DNA of 43,222 nucleotides from Clostridia bacterium (GCA_017522905.1 JAFWXY010000077.1:1-43222), one strand, 5' to 3'; counted from the first letter of the stretch, positions 1 through 10,913 are shown. Made by a program: numbers and translations. The notes: generated from the letters alone by a model not told the origin.

Positions 1-1
1 C

Positions 2-622
2 CCCGGAGGTGAGGTCGTAGCCGCGGCAAGCGAGACGGGCGGAGTCGTGGTCAACGGAATGAGCTCTTATGCAAGAGACGGGGAGAACTCCAACTCTGCG
101 ATTGCGGTGTCGGTAAGACCCGATGATTTTGAAGCGATCGATGGCAATCTTGCGCTTGGCGCGATAGCATATCAGAGAAAGATTGAAAGAGCCGCGTTCA
201 AGGCGGGCGGCTCAGATTATTCTGCCCCCGTGCAGACGGTTGGCGATTTTATGAGCGAAAAGAGCGGGCGTGAGCCTTATCACGTTTTCCCCACCTACAT
301 GGGCGGAAACGGCTTCAGGTGTGCGGATATGGGGGACGTTTTGCCTCATTACGTTTGCAATTCGCTCAGATACGGACTTTACAGCTTTGACAAAAAAATA
401 AAGGGCTTCTCTATGGATGGAGCTCTGCTCTCGGGCGCGGAGACGCGCACGTCTGCCCCTGTAAGAATACTCAGGGGAGAGGATATGAGAGCGATTGGCA
501 TGGGAAATATTTACCCGTGCGGAGAGGGAGCGGGATACGCGGGCGGAATAACCAGCGCGGCGGTTGACGGAATAAAGACCGCACTTGCTATCGCCGCGAG
601 ATTCGCACCTCTGAACGATTAA
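2..622 (+). CDS. FAD-dependent oxidoreductase (COG2509-like), C-terminal part; the 5' end lies outside the window
   Basis: The frame is open from the window edge, with no stop between 2 and the listed GTG at 47. Motifs GGVVVNGMS..RDGENSN and the C-terminal IYPCGEGAGYAGGITSAAVDG are typical of this uncharacterised FAD-binding family. Confidence 0.65.
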   Translation, partial: PGGEVVAAASETGGVVVNGMSSYARDGENSNSAIAVSVRPDDFEAIDGNLALGAIAYQRKIERAAFKAGGSDYSAPVQTVGDFMSEKSGREPYHVFPTYMGGNGFRCADMGDVLPHYVCNSLRYGLYSFDKKIKGFSMDGALLSGAETRTSAPVRILRGEDMRAIGMGNIYPCGEGAGYAGGITSAAVDGIKTALAIAARFAPLND

Positions 623-637
623 TTATTTGGAGAAGAA

Positions 638-2839
638 ATGGGTTTGGACAGAAAGAAGAAGGTATGGTCACTGAGGTATACGCCGGGAAACAGTGATGCC
701 GATGCCAAAATACAGGAAATAGCTTGCGATGCCGGTGTGTCACCTGTCGTTGCGAGACTTATATATAACCGCGGACACGAAAGCCGCGCGGCGGTTGAGA
801 GATTTATGGATCCTACCGTAGATACCCTCCACAGCCCCTTTGAGCTTAAGGATATGGACAAGGCGTGCCGCCGCGTGCTTGAGGCGGTAGAGGCAGGAGA
901 GAGAATAACCGTTTACGGTGACTATGACGTGGACGGAGTTTCATCCGTAACGCTCCTCTATCTCTATTTGAAGTCGCTTGGTGCGGACGTGAATTATTAC
1001 ATCCCTCTCCGTGCAAAGGAGGGATACGGAGTGTCCGAGGGCGCGATAGATGCACTTAATGAGAACGATACACAGCTTATTATCACCGTTGATACGGGAA
1101 TCACCGCAAACAAAGAGGTTGAATATGCAAGGTCGTTTGGCATTGATACCGTAGTTACCGACCACCACGAGTGTCACGGTGAATTACCCGAGGCTTGCGC
1201 GGTAGTGAATCCGCACAGACCTGATTGCAGCTACCCTTTCTGCGAGCTTGCGGGAGTAGGTGTCGTATTCAAGCTTGTATGCGGGCTTGAGATTACGAGA
1301 GATAACGGACTTTCCGATATCGAATCGGTCAGAAGCATTTGCGAAAAATACATAGACCTTGTGGCAGTCGGAACTATAGCCGACGTTATGCCGCTTATCG
1401 ACGAGAACAGAGTTATAGTCAAGCAGGGTCTCTCTATGATAGAGGATGACGCGAGAGTCGGACTTGCCGCGCTTATCGAGGCGGCGAGTAATGCAAATGC
1501 TGCCAGACCCGCAAACGGAATTGCGGATAAGGCAGTAAAAAAGAGAAAGATAAATTCGGGCTTTATAAGCTTTTCCATTGCGCCCCGTATCAATGCGGCG
1601 GGAAGAATAAGCTCGGCTTCAAAGGCAGTAGAGCTTCTTCTTTGCTCCGACTGTCGGGAGGCGGCAAGACTTGCAGAGGAGCTTTGTGAGATAAATCTTC
1701 AGCGTCAGCGCGAGGAGAACAATATTGCCGAAGAGGCGTACAGACAGATAGAGGAGACACACGATTTTGAGAACGATAAGATAATCGTGCTTGAAAACGA
1801 TTCCTGGCAACAGGGCATAATTGGAATTGTGTCCTCGAGAATTACCGAAAAATACGGTCTTCCCTCAATTCTCATCTCCTTTGCGGGAGCCTCTGAGGGA
1901 GACGGTGATCCGCACGATATCGGAAAGGGCTCGGGCAGAAGCGTAAAGGGAATCAACCTTGTAGATGCACTTGATCATTGTCAGGAGCATTTGGTTCAGT
2001 TTGGCGGACACGAGCTCGCGGCGGGACTTTCGGTAGAGAGATGCAATATTCCCGCATTCCGTAAGATGATAAACGACTATGCAAGAGAGAATTTCTCCGA
2101 GGACGTGTTTACGGTGAGATGTGAAGCCGATTGCGAGCTTTCGCCCGAGGAGCTCTCTATGGACATAGTAGACGAGCTCTCGGCGCTTGAGCCCTTCGGA
2201 GTTTCGAATCCGACACCTCAGTTCGTCGTAAAAAATATGACTCTTGAAAGAGTGATATCTATGGGTGCAGGTAAGCACTCTAAGCTGATCCTTTCAAATA
2301 AGCACAAAAGCTTCACCGCGGTCTGCTTTGGAATGTCTGCGGCAAATATGGAGTATCACTTTGGCGAGAGCGTTGACCTTTTGTGTCAGCTTGGCATAAA
2401 TGAATACAGAGGACAAAAGAGCCTCCAGCTGATAGCTCAGGATATACGACTTTCAGATTCGTTTGAGAAAAGATATGACCTTGAGAGCGCAAGATATCGC
2501 GATATAGCGGCGGGCGGAGAATTTTCGCAGGCGGAGGACGTTCTGCCAAGCAGGGCGGATATTGCGACTGTATATAAATTTCTGAGATACGAGAACATGT
2601 GCGGTCATACGGTATATAGCTACAGAGCGTTGCGCGCCGCGATTCTCGAGCAGCTTTGTGTCGATCTCAGCACCCTTAAGCTCCGCTTTATCATAAACAT
2701 ACTTGAGGATATGCAGGTGTGTGAATTTGACCGCCTTGGCGATGATGAATTCGAGTTTGAGGTGGCAAAGAGCGCGGAGAAGAGCAATATTGAGCTTACA
2801 AAAACCTATAAAATGCTCGAAATGAAAATGAGAGCATAA
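638..2839 (+). CDS. recJ: Single-stranded-DNA-specific exonuclease RecJ
   Basis: 733-aa ORF with DHH motifs (VYGDYDVDGVSS, TVDTGIT, VVTDHHE) and DHHA1 GGHELAAG. A GGAGA Shine-Dalgarno (SD) lies upstream. Part of the conserved recJ-rel-dtd order. Confidence 0.9.
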   Translation: MGLDRKKKVWSLRYTPGNSDADAKIQEIACDAGVSPVVARLIYNRGHESRAAVERFMDPTVDTLHSPFELKDMDKACRRVLEAVEAGERITVYGDYDVDGVSSVTLLYLYLKSLGADVNYYIPLRAKEGYGVSEGAIDALNENDTQLIITVDTGITANKEVEYARSFGIDTVVTDHHECHGELPEACAVVNPHRPDCSYPFCELAGVGVVFKLVCGLEITRDNGLSDIESVRSICEKYIDLVAVGTIADVMPLIDENRVIVKQGLSMIEDDARVGLAALIEAASNANAARPANGIADKAVKKRKINSGFISFSIAPRINAAGRISSASKAVELLLCSDCREAARLAEELCEINLQRQREENNIAEEAYRQIEETHDFENDKIIVLENDSWQQGIIGIVSSRITEKYGLPSILISFAGASEGDGDPHDIGKGSGRSVKGINLVDALDHCQEHLVQFGGHELAAGLSVERCNIPAFRKMINDYARENFSEDVFTVRCEADCELSPEELSMDIVDELSALEPFGVSNPTPQFVVKNMTLERVISMGAGKHSKLILSNKHKSFTAVCFGMSAANMEYHFGESVDLLCQLGINEYRGQKSLQLIAQDIRLSDSFEKRYDLESARYRDIAAGGEFSQAEDVLPSRADIATVYKFLRYENMCGHTVYSYRALRAAILEQLCVDLSTLKLRFIINILEDMQVCEFDRLGDDEFEFEVAKSAEKSNIELTKTYKMLEMKMRA

Positions 2840-2910
2840 TAACGGAGCGGAGCCGTAAACTACCGCAAACTTTGTGCCGGTGCAATAGTGCCGGAAGGAG
2901 AAGTACAGAC

Positions 2911-5148
2911 ATGGAATCAACCGCGAACAGCAACATTGAATACAACTGCAACAGACTGATTGACCTGTTGCGCGTATCGGGCAAGAACTACGACATTGAG
3001 AAGATAAAGGCTGCCTACGAATACGCAAACGAGCTTCATCAAGGACAGTTCCGCCAGAGCGGAGAGCCCTATATCTCGCACCCGTTGGCGGTGGCTGAGA
3101 TAGTAGCAGGACTCGGACTTGACACAGACTCCATCTGCGCCGCGCTTCTGCACGATACCGTGGAGGATTGCTCTGATAAGGTGGACTCACGCGATATTGA
3201 AAAGAAGTTCGGACGTGACGTATGCCAGCTTGTTGACGGACTGACAAAGATAGTCTTTATGCAGATTGAAGACAAGGAAGAGGCTCAGATTGAGAACCTT
3301 CGTAAAATGTTGCTTGCAATGCATAAGGACGTAAGAGTCATCTTCATTAAGCTCTGCGACAGACTTCACAATATGCGTACGCTTGAGGCAAAGGCTGAGA
3401 ACAAGAGAAGGCTCACAGCGCTTGAGACCATGCAGGTCTACGCACCTCTGGCACACAGACTGGGAATACAGAAGATCAAGCAGGAGCTTGAGAATATCGG
3501 TATCCAGCATCTTGACCCCATAGGATATAAGGAGGTCAAGGATTCAATTGAAAACAAGTACGGTCAAAGCCTGAACGTTATCGAGCATATCCGCTCGGTC
3601 ATTTCGCAGAAGCTGACCGAAAATAATATCAACTTTACCCTTGAGGGTCGTATCAAGACGGTTTACAGCATCTACAAGAAGATGTACAATCAGAATAAGA
3701 GCTTTGACGAGATATACGACTTCTATGCGGTAAGAGTCATCGTAAATAACGAGCTTGAGTGCTATACCACTCTCGGTCTTATCCACGAGATGTTCAACTC
3801 TATTCCCGGCCGCTTCAAGGACTATATCTCCACGCCTAAGCCCAATATGTACCGCTCGCTTCATACTACGGTAATAGGACGCGACGGCGTACCCTTTGAG
3901 GTGCAGATACGTACCCACGAGATGCATCACTTTGCGGAATACGGTATCGCGGCACATTGGAAATATAAGTCGGGCGCATCCTCAAAGGAGGATATGGACA
4001 AGAAGCTTGAGTGGATATCGAAGCTTATCGAGACCGAGGGCGAGGCACGCGACCCCGACGAGTTTATGAACGCGCTCAAGACCGATATCTTCCAGGATGA
4101 GGTCTTTGTGTTTACGCCCAAGGGCGACGTTGTGGCACTTCCTCACGGCGCCACCGTTATCGACTTCGCATACTCGATACACTCGGGTGTCGGAAACAAG
4201 ATGATAGGCGCAAAGATAAACGGAATGATAGTGCCTATCGACAGAGTGGTCCAGAACGGAGAGATCGTTGAGATTCTGACCTCCTCCGTGACAAAGGGAC
4301 CAAGCAGAGATTGGCTTAATATAGTAAAGACGAGCGAGGCGCGCTCCAAGATCAAGCAGTGGTTTAAGAAGGAGACGCGTCCCGAGAATATCTCTCTCGG
4401 CCGTGCTATAATCGACGGCGAGTTCAGAAAGCTCAATTTGAAGCTTGACGAGCAGGAGAGAGCGGAGGTCATTGCCGCGATCGCGCAGAGAATAGGATTT
4501 GCAAGCGCGGAGGACGTCTATAACGGCGTCGGATATGGCGGAATCTCGATAAATAAGATCTCCAACAAAATTAAGGACGAGTCGCAGAAATACACCGTTG
4601 CAGAGGCAGAGCCTATCGCTATTACCGAGGAGGAGCTTGTCCAAAAGACAGTTACAAAGCCCAAGAACCTCAAGTCCAACAGCGGAATCGTTGTTGACGG
4701 TGAGAGCGGATGTCAGGTCAAGTTTGCCAAGTGCTGTAACCCCTTGCCGGGTGACGACGTTATCGGATTCGTTACCAAGGGCTACGGAATCTCGATCCAT
4801 AAGAAGGATTGCCCAAACGTAATAGAGGGCATGAAGAACGAGGAGAACCGTGATCGCTGGAAGAGCGCTCATTGGGAGCAGAGCGAGGGTGGAGACTCGG
4901 GAAGAAACGTATACGAGGCGCTCCTGCAGCTCTTTACAGAGGACAGAGTGGGCATGCTTGCAGACGTTGCGGTCGCGCTTGCGGATATGAAGGTTGCTAT
5001 CCTTCAGGTAAACTCCCAGAAGCGAAACAACGGCAGATGCATTATCAGTCTTAAAATAAGCTGTAAGAATATAGACCACTATAACTCCATCGTGTCAAGA
5101 TTGCGTTCTCTTGACGGAGTTGACAGTGTAGGACGCGGATTTTCATAA
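2911..5148 (+). CDS. rel: Bifunctional (p)ppGpp synthetase/hydrolase Rel (RelA/SpoT family)
   Basis: HD hydrolase motif (LLHDTVED), synthetase core (YRSLHTTV, EVQIRT), TGS and C-terminal ACT-like regions. Start placed at ATG 2911 behind AAGGAG (2895-2900); the track start at 2872 has no SD. Confidence 0.93.
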   Translation: MESTANSNIEYNCNRLIDLLRVSGKNYDIEKIKAAYEYANELHQGQFRQSGEPYISHPLAVAEIVAGLGLDTDSICAALLHDTVEDCSDKVDSRDIEKKFGRDVCQLVDGLTKIVFMQIEDKEEAQIENLRKMLLAMHKDVRVIFIKLCDRLHNMRTLEAKAENKRRLTALETMQVYAPLAHRLGIQKIKQELENIGIQHLDPIGYKEVKDSIENKYGQSLNVIEHIRSVISQKLTENNINFTLEGRIKTVYSIYKKMYNQNKSFDEIYDFYAVRVIVNNELECYTTLGLIHEMFNSIPGRFKDYISTPKPNMYRSLHTTVIGRDGVPFEVQIRTHEMHHFAEYGIAAHWKYKSGASSKEDMDKKLEWISKLIETEGEARDPDEFMNALKTDIFQDEVFVFTPKGDVVALPHGATVIDFAYSIHSGVGNKMIGAKINGMIVPIDRVVQNGEIVEILTSSVTKGPSRDWLNIVKTSEARSKIKQWFKKETRPENISLGRAIIDGEFRKLNLKLDEQERAEVIAAIAQRIGFASAEDVYNGVGYGGISINKISNKIKDESQKYTVAEAEPIAITEEELVQKTVTKPKNLKSNSGIVVDGESGCQVKFAKCCNPLPGDDVIGFVTKGYGISIHKKDCPNVIEGMKNEENRDRWKSAHWEQSEGGDSGRNVYEALLQLFTEDRVGMLADVAVALADMKVAILQVNSQKRNNGRCIISLKISCKNIDHYNSIVSRLRSLDGVDSVGRGFS

Positions 5149-5163
5149 TAAGGGAAAGAAAAA

Positions 5164-5625
5164 ATGAAGGCAGTAATTCAAAGAGTCACGGGAGCTTGCG
5201 TCAAGGTGGACGGAGCTGTCGTTGGCGAATGCGGTGCGGGACTAATGATACTTTTGGGTGTTGCCAAGGGGGACACCGAGGAGGACGCAAGACTCCTTGC
5301 AAATAAGATAATCAATCTGAGAATATTCTGCGATGAGAACGACAAGATGAATTTGTCGGTAAAGACAATAGACGGCGAGGCGCTTGTTATCTCGCAGTTT
5401 ACCCTCATGGCAAATTACAGACACGGAAACCGCCCGGATTTTCTTGAAAGCGCACCCCCCGAGGAGGCCAACCGCCTTTACGAATATTTCGCATCTCTGA
5501 TAGCGGCGGAGATAAAGCACGTTGGCAAGGGAGTATTCGGCGCGCATATGGAGGTCTCGCTTGTAAACGACGGGCCCGTAACCATAGTAATGGACAGCGA
5601 AGTCTTAAAGAAAAAACAAAAATGA
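5164..5625 (+). CDS. dtd: D-aminoacyl-tRNA deacylase
   Basis: 153-aa ORF. MKAVIQRV N-terminus, SQFTL and NDGPVT motifs are diagnostic of Dtd. It lies immediately downstream of rel, as in many Firmicutes. Confidence 0.93.
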   Translation: MKAVIQRVTGACVKVDGAVVGECGAGLMILLGVAKGDTEEDARLLANKIINLRIFCDENDKMNLSVKTIDGEALVISQFTLMANYRHGNRPDFLESAPPEEANRLYEYFASLIAAEIKHVGKGVFGAHMEVSLVNDGPVTIVMDSEVLKKKQK

Positions 5626-5644
5626 TTAAGGATAGGATTTTGTT

Positions 5645-7156
5645 ATGAAGCTTAGAGTAAGCGGAAACATAAATCAATATTACGTGCAGACCCTCTGTAT
5701 GATATTTTTCCCGGGTGAAAAATTCTCAGAGGATGCGGATATTCAAGCAGCGAGCAATGCGGTTCCCGAGCTTTCGCTCGCACTTGTCGAAAACGAGGAC
5801 GGAGGAGTAAACGTTCACGCAGAGCTATCTCTTGAAGAAAAGTACGCGTCGTGCGATAAGATCTACCCTCACCGTGAGGATATAACTCACGACAGACTCA
5901 AGAAGATAGCCGTGGGTGATGCGATACTCTCGGTTTGCGGAGAGGTAATAGGCTACCGCCCGTCCTGGGGAATGCTTGTCGGAGTAAGACCTTCAAAGGT
6001 TGCAACCGAGATGCTTGAGAGCGGAATGAGCAAAACGAGAGTTAAAAAGACGCTTGTCAGCGATTATTTCGTTATCCCGAAGAAGGCGGCGCTTGCAACC
6101 GAGGTCGCGCTCAACGAGGCGGAGTTTGTAAAAACCGCGGACGACGGGGAGTGCAGTGTGTATATCTCGATACCGTTCTGTCCGACAAGATGCGCGTACT
6201 GCTCCTTTGTGTCTTACACCTCAAGGAAGCTGCTTGCAACCATACCCGACTACCTTATCGCGCTTGGCGATGAGATAAACAAGACGTTTGCCCTTATCCG
6301 TGAGCTTGGACTTCGGGTAAAGACGGTATATATCGGCGGCGGAACCCCAACCATACTTGATGAAGATCAGCTTGATTGGCTGCTCTCTATGGTAGAGAAG
6401 AACGTTGACGTAAGAACGCTTGACGAGTATACGTTGGAGGCAGGACGTCCCGATACCATAACCGAGGGAAAGATGCGCGTGGCAAGGCTGAGGGGAGTAA
6501 ACCGTATCAGCGTTAACCCGCAGACACTCAACGACGACGTGCTCAAGATCATCGGCCGCTCGCACACCGCTGACGATTTCCTCCGCGCGTACGATATAGC
6601 GCGCAACAGCGAGATCCCGATAATCAATACAGACGTTATAGCAGGACTTCCCGGAGATAAATTCTCAAGCTTTGCGGCATCCTACGATAAGATAGTATCG
6701 CTTAAGCCCGAGAATATAACGGTACATACCTTCAGTGTAAAGAAGGCAAGTGATTTCCTTAAAAACAGCAGCCACATATATTCGATCCGCGGCGGAGACG
6801 TAGGCAAATGCGTTGACTATTCGCAGATAACCGCACAGCACGAGGGATACGAGCCCTACTATATGTACAGGCAGAAGAACACGGTAGGCAACTATGAGAA
6901 CGTGGGCTTTGCGTTGGGCGGATATAAGGGACTTTATAATATCTACATGATGGAGGAGATACACTCGATATTTGCATGCGGCGCAGGCGCGGTATCAAAA
7001 TTTGTGGACTATAACCCCAAGGACGGAAGTCCTCGGGTTATTGAGAGATTTTTCAATCCGAAATACCCCTACGAATACCTCTCGGACAACAAAACTGAGC
7101 AAAAGCTTGAGGCGGCTCGTGAATTCTACGAGCGCAGAAGCCTTAAAAAAGGATAA
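5645..7156 (+). CDS. hemZ: Radical-SAM coproporphyrinogen-dehydrogenase-like protein (HemZ/HemN family)
   Basis: CxxxCxxC radical-SAM cluster motif (CPTRCAYCSF), YIGGGTPT, and a HemN-type C-terminal region. About 500 aa, like B. subtilis HemZ. Confidence 0.75.
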   Translation: MKLRVSGNINQYYVQTLCMIFFPGEKFSEDADIQAASNAVPELSLALVENEDGGVNVHAELSLEEKYASCDKIYPHREDITHDRLKKIAVGDAILSVCGEVIGYRPSWGMLVGVRPSKVATEMLESGMSKTRVKKTLVSDYFVIPKKAALATEVALNEAEFVKTADDGECSVYISIPFCPTRCAYCSFVSYTSRKLLATIPDYLIALGDEINKTFALIRELGLRVKTVYIGGGTPTILDEDQLDWLLSMVEKNVDVRTLDEYTLEAGRPDTITEGKMRVARLRGVNRISVNPQTLNDDVLKIIGRSHTADDFLRAYDIARNSEIPIINTDVIAGLPGDKFSSFAASYDKIVSLKPENITVHTFSVKKASDFLKNSSHIYSIRGGDVGKCVDYSQITAQHEGYEPYYMYRQKNTVGNYENVGFALGGYKGLYNIYMMEEIHSIFACGAGAVSKFVDYNPKDGSPRVIERFFNPKYPYEYLSDNKTEQKLEAAREFYERRSLKKG

Positions 7157-7161
7157 AAAGT

Positions 7162-8439
7162 ATGAAAATCTTATTCAAAAATGTAACAACCCTTGAAGGC
7201 GGTGTTCGCGGTACCCTAAACGTCCTCATCAACGGCAAGCTGATATCCTATATCGGTAATGAGATACGTGAGGCAGACAAGGTTATTGAATGTAACGGCA
7301 ATCTCCTTATGCCCGCGTTCTTTAACGCGCATTGTCATAGCGCAATGACCCTTTTCCGCGGCTACGGAGACGATCTGCCGCTTCAGAGATGGCTTAACGA
7401 AAAGATCTTTCCCGCAGAGGACAGACTCAACGAGGAGAGGGTCTATACAGGCTCTCAGATAGCAATCGCCGAGATGATAAGAAACGGAGTAGTATCCTTT
7501 TCGGATATGTACTTTTTCCTTGACGAGACCGCGCGGGCGGTAGAGGAGAGCGGAATCAAGGCAAACCTCTCGCGCTCTATAGTTTCCTTTGATAAGGATG
7601 CGGATTTCACAAAGGATCAAAGAGTGCTTGAGTCGCTTGACGTATTCAACAGATGGAACGGCAAGGCGGACGGCAGGATCAAGATAGATATGTCGCTCCA
7701 CGCCGAGTATTCAAACGTAGAGCCCTGCTTCAGATACGTTGCAGAGCTTACAAAGGAGCTGGGAACAGGCTTTCAGATACACGTATCCGAGACGGAGAGC
7801 GAGCACAGAGAGTGTATAGAGCGCCACGGAATGACACCTATGAGATTCCTTGAATCGTGCGGTGTGCTTGACGTACCTGTAACTGCGGCGCATTGCGTGT
7901 ACGTTGACGATGACGATATCAGGCTTATGGCAGAGAGAGGCGTGACTGCGGCTCATAATCCTGTAAGCAATTTGAAGCTTGGTAGCGGAATAATGCCTTA
8001 CGGTAAGATGAAGGCTGCAGGCGTTAATATTGCGCTTGGAACCGACGGAGTGGCATCGAATAATCAGCTGAGCGTATTGCGTGAGCTTCAGTATGCCGCG
8101 CTTATACACAAGGGGGCTGCATGCGACCCTGCGATAACACGCGCGGGGGATATGATCAGATGCGCTACGAAAAACGGTGCGATAGCACAGGGAAGACTTG
8201 ATTCGGGAGAATTGAAGGTGGGATACAGAGCCGACCTCATTCTTCTCGATATGAACGCGATAAACAATATTCCTTCCTACGATCTTGAGTCTACAGTGTG
8301 CTACAGCGCAACAGAGTCGAACGTCCTTATGACGCTTTCTGACGGTAACATACTTTACGACAGGGGAACATATACTACGATTGACGAAGAAAAGATGAGA
8401 TATAACGCAAAGAGAGTTATCGCTCATTATTTTGACTGA
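7162..8439 (+). CDS. mtaD: Amidohydrolase, 5-methylthioadenosine/S-adenosylhomocysteine deaminase-like
   Basis: Metal-binding HxH (FFNAHCHSAM), HVSET, TAAHCV and LGTDG motifs of the MtaD/guanine-deaminase-type amidohydrolase family. Confidence 0.75.
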   Translation: MKILFKNVTTLEGGVRGTLNVLINGKLISYIGNEIREADKVIECNGNLLMPAFFNAHCHSAMTLFRGYGDDLPLQRWLNEKIFPAEDRLNEERVYTGSQIAIAEMIRNGVVSFSDMYFFLDETARAVEESGIKANLSRSIVSFDKDADFTKDQRVLESLDVFNRWNGKADGRIKIDMSLHAEYSNVEPCFRYVAELTKELGTGFQIHVSETESEHRECIERHGMTPMRFLESCGVLDVPVTAAHCVYVDDDDIRLMAERGVTAAHNPVSNLKLGSGIMPYGKMKAAGVNIALGTDGVASNNQLSVLRELQYAALIHKGAACDPAITRAGDMIRCATKNGAIAQGRLDSGELKVGYRADLILLDMNAINNIPSYDLESTVCYSATESNVLMTLSDGNILYDRGTYTTIDEEKMRYNAKRVIAHYFD

Positions 8440-8452
8440 TATCGGAGGATAA

Positions 8453-10066
8453 ATGGATAAGACGCGGCGCGAGATCGAGAATTACAAGGCAAAGGAATCA
8501 CTAAAAGGAAAAAGAGGTCAAAGCTTTTATTCGGGTGTCCTTGTTCTCTCACTTTCAGCCGTGATAGTTAAGATAATCGGACTTATCTTTAAAATACCCA
8601 TGCTCAGACTTTTAGGTAGCGAGGGCATGGGTTATTTTAATTCTGCATATGAAATATACGCGCTATTGTGCGTGATCTCTACCTCGGGCTTGCCTGTTGC
8701 TATGTCGGTGATGATCTCACGAAAAAAGGACGGGGAGCATGCCGAGAGGGTGTTTGGTAGCGCGATGAGACTCTTCCTCATCCTTGGAGCGGTGGGAAGT
8801 GCCGTAATGCTCGCGTTTTCCTATTCCTTGGCGAGATTTTTAGGTAACGACAAGAGCTTCTATGCGATCATAGCCATCGCGCCAACGCTCTTTTTTATAT
8901 GTGTTACAAGCGCGTACAGAGGCTATTTTCAAGGCAAAGGGGAAATGACCCCAACGGCGCTCTCGCAGGTGATAGAGGCAATTTCAAAGCTTATTTTGGG
9001 GCTTCTTTTTTCATGTCTCGCGCTGAATGCGGGGCTTGGCGGAGAGATCGCGGCAGCTTGCGCGGTGCTGGGTCTCCTTTTCGGCTGCGTTCTATCCTCA
9101 TTCTACCTTTTGCTTGTAAAGAAATTCAGAAGCGAAGGGGAAGGAAGAAGCCTTATTTGCAATGACAGACCGATAACGGCAGAGCTTATTAAAATGTCCC
9201 TGCCGATAACGGTATCCGCGGCGGTAGTCAGTATCACAAAAATGATAGATATGACTATGATCCTTCGCAGATTGCAAAGCATTGGATACCCCGGCGAGCA
9301 AGCCTTCTCGGTCTATGGCAGCTATACTACGCTCTGCCTTCCGCTTTTCTCGCTTGCGCCTGCACTTATAGGCTCTGTGGCAATGCCGACGTTGCCGAGG
9401 CTCAGCCGTGCGATAGCGATCGGGGATAGGAAGGCGCAGACCGAGACCGTCAACGACTCTATTGCGTTAACGTCGATAGTATCAATGCCGATCTCGGCAG
9501 GACTTGCCCTGTATTCCGGAGAGATACTTGAGCTTATATTCTCGGGCGAGAGCGAGGCGATATCGCTTTGTACGCCGCTTTTAACGCTTCTTGCGTTTTC
9601 GGTAAGCCTTTCAAGCCTGGTTACGGTTACAAACGCCGTGCTCCAGGCGTACGGACACCCATCGCTTCCGCTTATCTCAATGGGAGTCGGGGCGGTGATA
9701 AAAATTATTTTAGCCTATTTTCTTATAGGTAATGAAGCTGTAAATATCGCAGGCGCGCCGATAAGCACGTTTTTCTGCGATATTGCAATAAATTTAGTCA
9801 GCTTTTCCTTTATTTGCAGGTATATACCCGGGAAAATAAGGGTGGAAAGAGTATTTGTCCGCCCCTTTTTAGCGTCTGTTATCTCGGTGGCGGCATCGAA
9901 GATAATTTACGGCAATTTGAGCGCCAAATTCGGAGAGGGAAGCCTTAATACGATCTTGTGTATCGCAATTGCAGGATTGCTCTATCTCATTACCTGCCTT
10001 GCATTAAGGGTGATAGACATAAAAGAAATCAAAGGACTGTCGGGCTCACGGTGCGTCGACGGATGA
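8453..10066 (+). CDS. MOP-superfamily flippase (SpoVB/YabM/MurJ-like polysaccharide biosynthesis protein)
   Basis: 537-aa polytopic membrane protein. The N-terminal pattern GMGYFNSAYEIYALL..STSGLPVAMS is typical of SpoVB/YabM. Its position upstream of mazG matches B. subtilis yabM-yabN. Confidence 0.75.
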   Translation: MDKTRREIENYKAKESLKGKRGQSFYSGVLVLSLSAVIVKIIGLIFKIPMLRLLGSEGMGYFNSAYEIYALLCVISTSGLPVAMSVMISRKKDGEHAERVFGSAMRLFLILGAVGSAVMLAFSYSLARFLGNDKSFYAIIAIAPTLFFICVTSAYRGYFQGKGEMTPTALSQVIEAISKLILGLLFSCLALNAGLGGEIAAACAVLGLLFGCVLSSFYLLLVKKFRSEGEGRSLICNDRPITAELIKMSLPITVSAAVVSITKMIDMTMILRRLQSIGYPGEQAFSVYGSYTTLCLPLFSLAPALIGSVAMPTLPRLSRAIAIGDRKAQTETVNDSIALTSIVSMPISAGLALYSGEILELIFSGESEAISLCTPLLTLLAFSVSLSSLVTVTNAVLQAYGHPSLPLISMGVGAVIKIILAYFLIGNEAVNIAGAPISTFFCDIAINLVSFSFICRYIPGKIRVERVFVRPFLASVISVAASKIIYGNLSAKFGEGSLNTILCIAIAGLLYLITCLALRVIDIKEIKGLSGSRCVDG

Positions 10067-10091
10067 AAAATACAAAAAGGAAGAATAAAGC

Positions 10092-10913
10092 ATGAACATT
10101 TTGACGGATAATGAAAAACAGGCAAAGGTAGAAAGACTGCTCAAAGCGGAGAGATACTCCTTTGACGACCTTTGTGAGATAGTAGCTATCCTACGCAGTA
10201 ACGTGGGCTGTCCTTGGGATAAGGAGCAGACACACAAGAGCCTCAGAAAGGACTTTATCGAGGAGACCTATGAGGTTATAGAGGCAATAGATACCGAGGA
10301 TCCTAAGCTGTTACGCGAGGAGCTTGGAGACGTTCTGCTCCAGATAGTTTTCCATGCAGATATTGAAAATGAAGAGGGCAGATTTACTATTGACGACGTT
10401 GCCAACGATATCTCCGCAAAGCTCATACACCGCCATCCTCACGTATTTGGCGAATTGAGGCTTGATAACAGTGAGGACGTTCTTGCAAATTGGGATAAGA
10501 TAAAGGGCGTTGAAAAGCAGAGGAATACTCTGACCGATAAGCTCCGCTCCATCCCCCCGATGCTTCCTGCGCTTATGAGGGCGCAGAAGGTGGGCAAGAA
10601 GGCATCCTTCTTTGATTTCCCCACAACCGAGGAGGTCTACGCTAAGCTTTATGAGGAGATCGACGAGGTCAAGGAGGCGGCAGAGAGCGGTGACAAGGCG
10701 GCTGTTACGGAGGAGATGGGAGACCTTCTTTTGACTGTAACAAGTCTTGCGCGCAAGCTTGGAGTTGATAGCGAGCAGGCGCTTTTCAATGCAACAAATA
10801 AGTTTTTGGACAGATTTGAGAAGGTTGAAAATGCCGTTCTCGGGCAGGGAAAAAACGTTGAAGATATGACTATGACCGAGCTTGATGAGGTCTGGGACAG
10901 TATAAAACATTAA
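10092..10913 (+). CDS. mazG: Nucleoside triphosphate pyrophosphohydrolase MazG (tandem MazG domains)
   Basis: Two MazG repeats with EExxE...EELGD-type motifs (EETYEVIEAI/EELGDVLLQ and EEIDEVKEA/EEMGDLLL). CPWD motif near the N-terminus. Confidence 0.9.
   Translation: MNILTDNEKQAKVERLLKAERYSFDDLCEIVAILRSNVGCPWDKEQTHKSLRKDFIEETYEVIEAIDTEDPKLLREELGDVLLQIVFHADIENEEGRFTIDDVANDISAKLIHRHPHVFGELRLDNSEDVLANWDKIKGVEKQRNTLTDKLRSIPPMLPALMRAQKVGKKASFFDFPTTEEVYAKLYEEIDEVKEAAESGDKAAVTEEMGDLLLTVTSLARKLGVDSEQALFNATNKFLDRFEKVENAVLGQGKNVEDMTMTELDEVWDSIKH

Noticed and set aside
2453-3247. 264-aa minus-strand ORF spanning the recJ/rel junction
   Set aside because: It is antisense to two well-supported genes. 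Its Arg/Ser/Cys-rich sequence has no domain features and no SD.
3982-5079. 365-aa minus-strand ORF
   Set aside because: Codon-aligned shadow of rel (offset 1110 nt, a multiple of 3). There are no translation signals, and the sense frame carries the conserved Rel domains.
7711-8427. 238-aa minus-strand ORF
   Set aside because: Codon-aligned shadow of the amidohydrolase (mtaD-like) gene.
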